Shown here piece by piece: positions 19,157 to 26,595 of a stretch of 32,109 bases of DNA. The notes beneath the pieces are model-generated. The model worked only from the letters and a program-made list of their open reading frames with translations. It ran no database searches and was not told the DNA's origin. A program made the translations under genes and the position numbers. Positions within the stretch are counted from its first letter, which is position 1, and the number at the start of each line of letters is the position of its first letter. This DNA is from Nitrosopumilales archaeon (GTDB lineage Archaea > Thermoproteota > Nitrososphaeria > Nitrososphaerales > Nitrososphaeraceae): positions 1 through 32,109 of the forward strand of contig JBIQJB010000024.1 of NCBI GenBank assembly GCA_044507735.1, given 5' to 3'.

Positions 19157-19194
19157 TAGCAATTCTTCTCCCTTATTGCAGCAGAATTGTGCAT
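19156..19194 (-). CDS. Putative 12-aa leader peptide (uORF) MHNSAAIREKNC, coupled to lysY by a TAATG overlap
   Basis: ATG at 19194 lies at essentially the same distance from the TATA box as the argG ATG does in the duplicate promoter; its TAA overlaps the lysY ATG. Confidence 0.4.
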   Translation of the reverse strand: MHNSAAIREKNC

Positions 19195-19222
19195 GTTATA
19201 GAAAAGTCGCGTCAAAAATCCT

Positions 19223-19282
19223 CATTTATATTTTTTGGTCAGATATGACCTAATGCAGGTCAATGGTGACCAGAATTGGTCA
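19223..19282 (-). promoter_or_regulatory. Internal lysY promoter (TATA/BRE) with upstream GGTCA-N4-TGACC operator array
   Basis: Plus strand CATTTATATTTTTTGGTCAGATATGACCTAA; palindromes at 19237-19250 and 19258-19271, half-site at 19278-19282; first 31 nt are 28/31 identical to 21573-21603. Confidence 0.8.
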
Positions 19283-19285
19283 CCA

Positions 19286-20146
19286 TCACTTCCTTGCGAC
19301 CGTGACTGCATAATCTATCATTGCGCCAGGGATATCGGTCTTTGATACGCTGGCGGCGCCGTGGAACTCTACGGTGTTGTTGACTTCGTGTACTATCAGC
19401 CCACGCTTCTTGTCCTCCATCATGTCGACGCCCACAATACCTCCGCCGACTGCGTTGGCAGCTTTAATCGCCAAATCCTCAAGCTCTTTTGTAATCGGTG
19501 CAAGTTCCGCTTTGCCGCCACGGGCCACATTTGTGCGCCACTCTTTTTCTGCAGAGTAGCGATAAATGGCAGTTACAACGCTGTTACCTACTACGATGCA
19601 CCTTATGTCGCGTGGCGGCCTGTCAATCATTTCCTGAACGTAATAGATACGTGCAAATGGACTGTCGTCTTCTTCTCTCATTTCCACTATCATGCTAGCG
19701 GTCTCCGCGTCGCGCAGCGGGAAGACTCCCCTACCCCATGACCCAACGATTGGTTTGAGCACTAGCGGAAATCCGGTCTTCTGTATCGTTTCTAGTGCGC
19801 TCTCCGCGCTGAAGGCAAACTGTGTTCGGGGCGTCGGGATGTTGTTCTGTGCCAGCACAAGCGAGGTTATCAGCTTGTTGCCACAGGTCTCGGCCGCCTT
19901 GAACTTGTTTATCACGCTGAATCCCAGGTGTTCAAGACAGGCTGTGAGATAGAGCCCGCGGTAGTGGCTCACGCTCCTCTGCAGTATCACGTCGCCAAAA
20001 GAAAAGTCGTTCTTTTTGCTGTCGGTGCTGACAACAACAGTTTTTGCGTCCACTATCTGCGCTTTTATGCCCTTGCTCTGCGCCTTTTCATAAAGGGCCT
20101 TCTCTTCAAAGCGCACCTTGTCATAAATGATAGAGAGCTCTACCAT
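19286..20146 (-). CDS. lysX: LysW ligase, ATP-grasp (LysX/ArgX)
   Basis: KPIVGSWGRG, YVQE, RDIR, WRTNVARGG, GVD and EVN; directly follows lysW. Clustering with argG suggests a glutamate-accepting (ArgX-like) enzyme. Confidence 0.92.
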   Translation of the reverse strand: MVELSIIYDKVRFEEKALYEKAQSKGIKAQIVDAKTVVVSTDSKKNDFSFGDVILQRSVSHYRGLYLTACLEHLGFSVINKFKAAETCGNKLITSLVLAQNNIPTPRTQFAFSAESALETIQKTGFPLVLKPIVGSWGRGVFPLRDAETASMIVEMREEDDSPFARIYYVQEMIDRPPRDIRCIVVGNSVVTAIYRYSAEKEWRTNVARGGKAELAPITKELEDLAIKAANAVGGGIVGVDMMEDKKRGLIVHEVNNTVEFHGAASVSKTDIPGAMIDYAVTVARK

Positions 20147-20325
20147 TATTGTCCCCAGTCTTCGCCTACTGTTTCTGCCGGCTTCAGCTCAACCTTGTCC
20201 CCACTCCTTGAGGCGATTTCATAATCGCCTCCACAGTCGGGGCACGTAATGATCTCCCCGACGACCGAGTCTTCTGGAACGCTGATGTCGGCTCCACATT
20301 CTTGGCATTCAACTTTTGATCCCAT
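20146..20325 (-). CDS. lysW: Amino-group carrier protein LysW/ArgW with C-terminal EDWGQ
   Basis: MGSKVECQECG...CPDCG...PAETVGEDWGQ*: two CxxC and an acidic tail; TAATG overlaps with argG and lysX. Confidence 0.93.
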   Translation of the reverse strand: MGSKVECQECGADISVPEDSVVGEIITCPDCGGDYEIASRSGDKVELKPAETVGEDWGQ

Positions 20326-21545
20326 TATTTTTTTCCTCCTTCTTGTTTTTTGTCTGAAATCGCATCTGCAGCCACCGAGTTTGCGATGATGGACTGCAGG
20401 CCCCAAAGCTCAACGAATCCCTTTGCCAGACTCTGGTCAAAGGTAGACCCAGCGGCATAAGTCGCCAGATCGTTCTTGTACAGGGAATATTTCGATTCCC
20501 TTCCAACCACCCGGAGAGATCCCTTTTGCATCTTCAGCCTTACTTTTCCGGAGACTCGCACCTGAGTCGCATCTATAAACTTATCCAAGTCATTGCGCAA
20601 CGGGTCTTGCCACAATCCGGCATATGCTAGCCAGCTCCACTGATCGTCAACCATGCGCTTGAATGCAAGCTCGTGTTTTGTCAGCACCATCTTTTCCAGA
20701 TCCTTGTGCGCTTCAATTATAGTAACTGCGGCAGGCGCTTCATACACCTCTCTTGACTTGATGCCCACCATTCTGTCTTCAATGTGATCTACAATCCCAA
20801 CTCCATGTGCCCCGGCCCTGTCATTCACATATTGAATAAGGTCAATGAGAGGCATGTGCTTGCCGTCAACGGCTATGGGCACACCCTTCTCAAACTCAAT
20901 CTCGATATATCCAGCCTTGTCATTCTGGAAGTTGATATACTGAAATGCTTCCTCTGGCGGTTCAAAATTAGCATCTTCGATGTTGCCGCCCTCAACTGCC
21001 CGGCCCCAAAGGTTAAGGTCGATGCTATATTTCTTGGCCTCTGCGCTTATTGGGATGTTTTGCTCTTTTGCAAACGTCATTTCCACGTCTCGGGTTAGAT
21101 TCATGTCCCTGATGGGCGCAATGATCTTTAACTTTGGATTTAGCGCGCGCATCGTTACATCGAACCGGATTTGGTCGTTCCCCTTGCCAGTGCAACCATG
21201 TGCTATAGAGATCGCGCCCTCTTTGTTTGCGACTTCAACTGCCTTTGCAGCAATCAGGGGCCGTGCCAATGCAGTTGCAAGCGGATACTTGCCCTGATAC
21301 AGGCCGTTTGCCTTGATGCTAGGAACGACGTAGTCAAGAGCAAACTCTTCTCGGGCGTCAACATAGACGTGTTTTATTGCTCCGATCGCTTTGGCCTTTC
21401 GCTCGATCTCCTTAAAGTCGTCTTCCTGTCCGCAGTCAACGGTAACAGTTATGACATCCAGCTTGTGCAGCACCTGCAGGTATCTTATGCATACCGAAGT
21501 GTCCAAGCCTCCCGAGTAGGCCAAAACGACCTTGCCATTACTCAT
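20325..21545 (-). CDS. argG: Argininosuccinate synthase
   Basis: VVLAYSGGLDTS, ALARP, HGCTGKGNDQIRF, YSIDLNLWGR and GIKSREVYEAP; ATG 21545 is about 29 nt below the TATA box. Confidence 0.97.
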   Translation of the reverse strand: MSNGKVVLAYSGGLDTSVCIRYLQVLHKLDVITVTVDCGQEDDFKEIERKAKAIGAIKHVYVDAREEFALDYVVPSIKANGLYQGKYPLATALARPLIAAKAVEVANKEGAISIAHGCTGKGNDQIRFDVTMRALNPKLKIIAPIRDMNLTRDVEMTFAKEQNIPISAEAKKYSIDLNLWGRAVEGGNIEDANFEPPEEAFQYINFQNDKAGYIEIEFEKGVPIAVDGKHMPLIDLIQYVNDRAGAHGVGIVDHIEDRMVGIKSREVYEAPAAVTIIEAHKDLEKMVLTKHELAFKRMVDDQWSWLAYAGLWQDPLRNDLDKFIDATQVRVSGKVRLKMQKGSLRVVGRESKYSLYKNDLATYAAGSTFDQSLAKGFVELWGLQSIIANSVAADAISDKKQEGGKK

Positions 21546-21572
21546 GAATATATCGGTGCCGACCAAGCTCTA

Positions 21573-21632
21573 CATTTATATTTTTTGGTCAAGAATGACC
21601 TAAATCAGGGTGATACTGACCGATGCTGGTCA
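21573..21632 (-). promoter_or_regulatory. argG promoter (TATA/BRE) with GGTCA-N4-TGACC operator array overlapping the divergent gene start
   Basis: CATTTATATTTTTTGGTCAAGAATGACCTAA, then TGACC at 21617-21621 and GGTCA at 21628-21632; ungapped match to 19223-19282. Confidence 0.8.
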
Positions 21633-22315
21633 ATAATGAAAAATCGATAACAAACGCAGTGAAGGAGGTCGTCAACAACGACCTGTCGTTCCAAGATTCG
21701 CTTCAGCGCGATTATTGCAACATAAGCGCTCTTGCACGTATAATCAAGCCTCAGGTGGACCAGTTGCTTGGTGGCAAGAACACGAGCATAGAGAGCATCG
21801 TCACTGCGTTAAAGAGGTCAAGACGCGACTATGACGTGCCAGAAAAGCCGATAGCATCCATACTTGCAGGAAGCACCATTAGCGTCAAGACAGACGTAGC
21901 CAAGGTCTCTGCAAAAAAGAGCAAGAAGACAATTGAAAAGGTTGCCAGAGCGATGACGCAGAACGTTGGCAACTTTATCAGCGTGTCAGAGAGCATCATG
22001 TCTATCACGCTCGTCTTTGACGACGCACTTCTTGACGAAGTCAAGGGGATGTTTGCGCATGACGACATACTGGAAATTGAAGATGACCTGGCTGCAATAA
22101 TCGTCCATAGCCCCGAAGAGATAATCAAGACGCCAGGATGCGCGATAGCTTTTTACAACCAGCTAGCGCGTCGGCACATCAACATAGAAGACACGGTCAG
22201 CTGCTACACAGACACGATAGTACTTGTAAGGATGGATCAGGTGGGCAAGGCATTTAACGCGTTGACAGACCTCATATCCGGCTCAAGGAAGATGCCCAAG
22301 AAAAAGCACAGATAA
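21623..22315 (+). CDS. Putative amino-acid-responsive regulator: N-terminal HTH-like domain + ACT domains
   Basis: N-terminal CNISALARII...SIVTALKR helices; C-terminal ACT-like TPGCAIAFYNQLARRHINIEDTVSCYTDTIVLV; divergent from argG. Confidence 0.75.
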   Translation: MLVNNEKSITNAVKEVVNNDLSFQDSLQRDYCNISALARIIKPQVDQLLGGKNTSIESIVTALKRSRRDYDVPEKPIASILAGSTISVKTDVAKVSAKKSKKTIEKVARAMTQNVGNFISVSESIMSITLVFDDALLDEVKGMFAHDDILEIEDDLAAIIVHSPEEIIKTPGCAIAFYNQLARRHINIEDTVSCYTDTIVLVRMDQVGKAFNALTDLISGSRKMPKKKHR

Positions 22316-22619
22316 GGCCGCTGCCGCTCTCCCTCGCAGCCATTTGTACCGATATAGGAAGCTTGACTATGACCATAGCTAAAGCAAGCGAGCCCATGAT
22401 GGCCAAGCCCCGAATTTATCTACATCACCTTGATGCCACCACGAGCAGCAGCCATTCTGCCTTGTATTTGATATGTCGTACCAGCCCGCGGACAAGACTC
22501 AACATGGTGTATATACATTCACGAACATTTTGTATTGGCTTGGAGGTAGCGAAATCTTCTTCCAGTACGCTTCAAGAAACCATGCAAAGTTTATTTCATG
22601 CAGCTTGGGAAAAGCCCTT

Positions 22620-23525
22620 GTGTACCGGCGTTACACGCTAGACGAGGTAAAGCGCAAGATAGTCGATGTTTTGCAGAGCGCCGGAACCGGCCTGTCTGGA
22701 ATCGAGCTCGCAGACAAGACAGGCATCAACAGGATGACCATAACCAAATACCTGGACGTCATGCATGCTATGGGTCTGGTCAAAAAGAAGAAGACGGGCA
22801 ACGTCAACGTGTGGTTCCTCGAAACAGGGGTCGCGGATATCGAGTTTCCAGTCAACTATGTCCAGGTGCAGCAAAAGCTGATAAGTGCAATTCTGGCAGG
22901 AGAAGAAGAGCAAGCGCGCAGGATCCTGCTGAGTGTCCTAAATTCTAATGTTGACCAAGTAAAGGTGCTGACTGACGTGGTCATGCCAGTAGTAAACACT
23001 GTTGGTGAGCTCTACAGCAGGGGCAGGCTTGACAAGACCGAGAGGGCGTTCCTCCTCAACCTCATCATGGAGCTAATAGATCTTGTAAAATTTAATGTCA
23101 GGCCCACGGAGCAGAAAGCAAATGCCAATGTGCTTGTTGTCGCCGGCTCTGGAGACAAAGTCCATGCAGCCAAGAGTGCAGCCGTAGCGTTTTCTGTGCT
23201 TGGGTGGGATTCGATCTACATCGGAGATGTTGAGGAACAGATTGATCCCTTCTTTGATATCGACTTTCAGCGCTACATTTCCCGCGTCTGGAGCAACAAG
23301 CGCGGCCTGATGGTTATTTGCATATTTTCGTCTGGCGAAGGATCGCTCAGGTTCCTCTCATCTACAGCCAAGGCAATGAAGGGCAGGATTAGAGGAGAGC
23401 TTCGTATCGCTGTGGTTGCCATCCCGGAGCTGCAGGCTATAGCCGAAGAGAACTCGGACTATGTCGCAAAGGACCTGCTGTCGTTGGTAGAATGGGCTGA
23501 GCGTCAGTACAACATTGTGAAGTAG
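22620..23525 (+). CDS. wHTH transcriptional regulator with B12-binding-like cap/Rossmann domain
   Basis: GLSGIELADKTGINRMTITKYL HTH; DVVMPVVNTVGELYSRG cap helix; H...GWDSIYIG. GTG 22620 preferred (TTTATTT about 25-30 nt upstream). Confidence 0.75.
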   Translation: MYRRYTLDEVKRKIVDVLQSAGTGLSGIELADKTGINRMTITKYLDVMHAMGLVKKKKTGNVNVWFLETGVADIEFPVNYVQVQQKLISAILAGEEEQARRILLSVLNSNVDQVKVLTDVVMPVVNTVGELYSRGRLDKTERAFLLNLIMELIDLVKFNVRPTEQKANANVLVVAGSGDKVHAAKSAAVAFSVLGWDSIYIGDVEEQIDPFFDIDFQRYISRVWSNKRGLMVICIFSSGEGSLRFLSSTAKAMKGRIRGELRIAVVAIPELQAIAEENSDYVAKDLLSLVEWAERQYNIVK

Positions 23526-23534
23526 CCATGGCCA

Positions 23535-23996
23535 TCATACCTGTTGGAGAGGGATCGGAGTTATCGGCGGGGCGCCCGGAACTATTGCTTGCGTAACTAG
23601 AGTGATTATTACGCCAATGATAGCAAACACGATTATTGCAAGTATCGCTATTGCTAACGCCCGAATCCATCCGGTATCAAAGCCCTTCTTGAACACACCT
23701 ATCCATGCAATGAACGCAATGATGAAGGCAATGATACCAGGTATTGTGGTCTGATCACCGAATGCAACTGTCAGTGCTGCTACTGAGATAAAGAACACGA
23801 TCGCGTATACGATCGGACCAAACGCTGTAACCAACATTGCTCGCGTGAACCGTGCCTTGCCAAGGGTAAGAATCTTGGCGGAAATCCACACAGGAATTGC
23901 GACTATTATCCATACCGCGATGAGACCTATGATTACCGCGGCCACGACTGCAACAGTTTCAGCGACCTGCATCAGAAGATTTTGGAGCAATGGCAT
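23535..23996 (-). CDS. Hypothetical membrane protein (4 TM)
   Basis: Strongly hydrophobic 153-aa ORF; FDTGWIRALAIAIL. Confidence 0.8.
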   Translation of the reverse strand: MPLLQNLLMQVAETVAVVAAVIIGLIAVWIIVAIPVWISAKILTLGKARFTRAMLVTAFGPIVYAIVFFISVAALTVAFGDQTTIPGIIAFIIAFIAWIGVFKKGFDTGWIRALAIAILAIIVFAIIGVIITLVTQAIVPGAPPITPIPLQQV

Positions 23997-24032
23997 TCTG
24001 TAGTATATGCATCAGGATTTAAGGTCTGTGGC

Positions 24033-24245
24033 TCAATGCTCTACCCCAAACGACAACTTGACAGTGGTCTTGAACCTCGCTATCTTGCCAGATTCGTCCA
24101 CATCTGCAGTCATATCTTGGACTTTTATGCCCTTGATCCCGTGTACGGTCTTTTTCGCTTCAGTTATCGCTATCTGTGCAGCGTCCTCCCACCCTTTGCT
24201 TGAAACGCCGATCACTTCAATGATTTTGGCTACTGATGATGACAT
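24033..24245 (-). CDS. Dodecin (flavin/CoA-binding)
   Basis: VAKIIEVIGVSSKGWEDAAQIAITEAKKTVHGI...VKLSF signature. Confidence 0.92.
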   Translation of the reverse strand: MSSSVAKIIEVIGVSSKGWEDAAQIAITEAKKTVHGIKGIKVQDMTADVDESGKIARFKTTVKLSFGVEH

Positions 24246-24309
24246 ACGAGAGCAATGACACGGTTCTTTATTTAGGCACTATCGAAAAAACGAATAGAAA
24301 TAGAAATCG

Positions 24310-25215
24310 TTATGCTTCTTCCTGTGAAAGAGATGATATTTGCTGGGATTTCTTGGGCCCAACATCGCCATCATCATTAGTGGCATCCATCAGGTCCCTT
24401 ATAAAATCAAGACCTGATTTTGTCGCATGTTCGTAGCCCCTATCTCCAATATTGGGCTCAAAGCTGATGTACCCATCGTAGCAGGTTTCTTGCAGGCATC
24501 GAATGATAGTGGCAAAGTCGATATGGCCAAACCCGGGCATCTTTCTATTGTTGTCAGCAAAGTGCATGTGCTTTAGGTACTCGCCGGCAGTGCGTATGGC
24601 GTCTTCAAATGAATCCTCTTCTATGTTCATGTGAAAGGTATCCAGCAACATTCCAAGAGAATCGTGGTTCACCTGCCTGACTATTGCTAATGCGTCCTTT
24701 GCGGTTGAGCAATGTGGCGTGCTGTAGCGGTTGAGAGGTTCAAGAACGAGCTTGACGCCATAATCGGACGCAAACTTGGACAGATCTGCCAGAACTGGTA
24801 CAGCCTTGCGGGCAAGCCGCTCTTTGTCATTTTGGGAAAAAACATTGTGTGTCCTGTCAAAAAAGCTGGACGAGTCGTCTGCAAATAGGCAGATATTCAT
24901 CTCCTCTCCGTCCAGCAAGTTGCACAATTTGACGCAATCGTGCACGTACTGTATCGAGCTCTGAACCAGACCTTCGTCAGAACTCAAGAGCTTGCGTTTC
25001 CAGCCTTCTTCGCTGCTCCTGCCCCACATCCCGGTTATCCCGCAAACAGGCATACCAAACATCCCAAGGACATCCTCTAGTTTTCGAACATCTACCTCTT
25101 TTGGCTCGCCAAACATCTCCACAGCGTCGAACCCCTGCAAGGTCAGCTTTGAGAGCGTCGATTCGATCGGTTCTATCTTTCTAAAAGATGCAAGCGATAT
25201 GGAATACTTTGGCAT
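24310..25215 (-). CDS. Sugar phosphate isomerase/epimerase (AP-endonuclease-2 TIM barrel; ketose 3-epimerase/IolO-like)
   Basis: LEPLNRY, LLDTFHMNIEE, HMHFADNNRKMPGFGHIDF and YDGYISFE metal motifs. Confidence 0.88.
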   Translation of the reverse strand: MPKYSISLASFRKIEPIESTLSKLTLQGFDAVEMFGEPKEVDVRKLEDVLGMFGMPVCGITGMWGRSSEEGWKRKLLSSDEGLVQSSIQYVHDCVKLCNLLDGEEMNICLFADDSSSFFDRTHNVFSQNDKERLARKAVPVLADLSKFASDYGVKLVLEPLNRYSTPHCSTAKDALAIVRQVNHDSLGMLLDTFHMNIEEDSFEDAIRTAGEYLKHMHFADNNRKMPGFGHIDFATIIRCLQETCYDGYISFEPNIGDRGYEHATKSGLDFIRDLMDATNDDGDVGPKKSQQISSLSQEEA

Positions 25216-25226
25216 CTATGGACTCC

Positions 25227-26546
25227 CTAGGCTGCAAGACAGTGCACGATGTCAGTACATTTGGCAATGCCCGACTTTGCAATGCCATGCTTTTCGCTTG
25301 AACCATAAAATGCGAGCCCTTCTCCGGTGGCAGGGTCTGGGGGTCTGCCATGCGAGCCTTTCACCAAGCGTGCGTCAAGTGGTATTGATTTTGTCTTTGG
25401 ATCAAAGAAGAGCTCGACAGGATCGTATCCGGGTTTTCTATGGATGTCCACTCTACGTGCAAAATCAGGAGCCAAGTTCTCGTCATGCCACCAGTAGTAA
25501 CTGAACCAGGCGTCCTGCTTGGCAATCGCAACTAGTTCTCCGCTCCTTTCATGATCTATACCCAGCTTTTTCTTGCCCTCGCGATCAAGCACAATGTCAA
25601 CACCAGCCGCCGTCTCGATCACTTTTCTTGCTTCATGCTCAAATCCATCCTTGACAAACACGTGGGCCATTTGATGATCGACCATGGCAAACGCCTTGCT
25701 GTATTCAAAATCAAGATATTCCTTTCCGTGTATTGCGCGTACTGAGAGCAGGCCGGCATCTCGCAGAACTAGATTCAGAGGTGTCGCGTTCTTCACATTG
25801 TTAAATCCATATTCTGACAGGACTATGAACTGCGCCTGGTCCTTGGGCACCGTCTTTGAGACCTTGTCTACCAGGCGTCCCACAATTTCGTCTGCTTTCT
25901 TTATATCTTCTCTCACTTGCGGCGCGTCCTTTCCAAATCGCTGCGCAGAATAGTCGACATGGGGGATGTAGACAAATAGCAGCTCGGGCCGTTCGCTTTC
26001 AAAGGTATATTCAGCAGCATTTGCAATCCATTCACTTGACTTGACAGAGGCAAGCGGCCCCCAATAGCTTGCAAGATCGAATTCGCCAAATTTCTCCTTC
26101 AGTCTTTCATAATAACCTACAGGCTTTGAATAGCACCACATCAGCATTTTTTCGTCAAGATGGATAGGCCTCGGTGTCACAACAATATCCGAATTGGCAT
26201 ACATGGTGTTCTGCCAAAAGAGCACGGCGGTTTTCGCACCGTTGCGTTTGGCCATGTCCCACACCCTCTCTGTCTTGACGAGAGAGCTTGGTTGCTCCCA
26301 GAAAGATACGCTAAATGTGTCTCTGTCATAGAGGCCGTTTGCAATTATGCCGTGCTCTCTAGGATGCTTGCCCGAGAGAATGCTTGCTTGAACTGTGCAG
26401 GTGACTGCAGGGAATACTGGCTCCAGGGGAGCTGCTTCGCCGCCTTCTACAAGCTTGGAGATGTTTGGAGCAAGCCCCGAATCAAGGTGCTTCTGTTCCA
26501 ACCCGACAACATCAATAACTATAGAATGCTTCTTCTTCATCATCAT
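25227..26546 (-). CDS. eboF: EboF-like alkaline phosphatase / nucleotide pyrophosphatase family protein
   Basis: VIDVVGL, FPAVTCTVQAS (catalytic Thr), HGIIANG, YIPHVDY, SEYG, AMVDHQMAH, WFSYYWW, VDIHRKPGYDPVELF and LVKGSHG. Confidence 0.88.
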   Translation of the reverse strand: MMMKKKHSIVIDVVGLEQKHLDSGLAPNISKLVEGGEAAPLEPVFPAVTCTVQASILSGKHPREHGIIANGLYDRDTFSVSFWEQPSSLVKTERVWDMAKRNGAKTAVLFWQNTMYANSDIVVTPRPIHLDEKMLMWCYSKPVGYYERLKEKFGEFDLASYWGPLASVKSSEWIANAAEYTFESERPELLFVYIPHVDYSAQRFGKDAPQVREDIKKADEIVGRLVDKVSKTVPKDQAQFIVLSEYGFNNVKNATPLNLVLRDAGLLSVRAIHGKEYLDFEYSKAFAMVDHQMAHVFVKDGFEHEARKVIETAAGVDIVLDREGKKKLGIDHERSGELVAIAKQDAWFSYYWWHDENLAPDFARRVDIHRKPGYDPVELFFDPKTKSIPLDARLVKGSHGRPPDPATGEGLAFYGSSEKHGIAKSGIAKCTDIVHCLAA

Positions 26547-26595
26547 CTGACTTGGCTGCTCGTCAATATTCTACTATTGTTTAAATGAGTTAGCG

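Noticed and set aside
20326-20406. N-terminal extension of LysW in the ORF track
   Set aside because: Overlaps argG out of frame; the ATG at 20325 with a TAATG junction gives a normal-length LysW
22363-22619. ORF 22363-22641 and the upstream extension of the HTH regulator from 22473
   Set aside because: No motif support; a TATA-like element favours the GTG start at 22620
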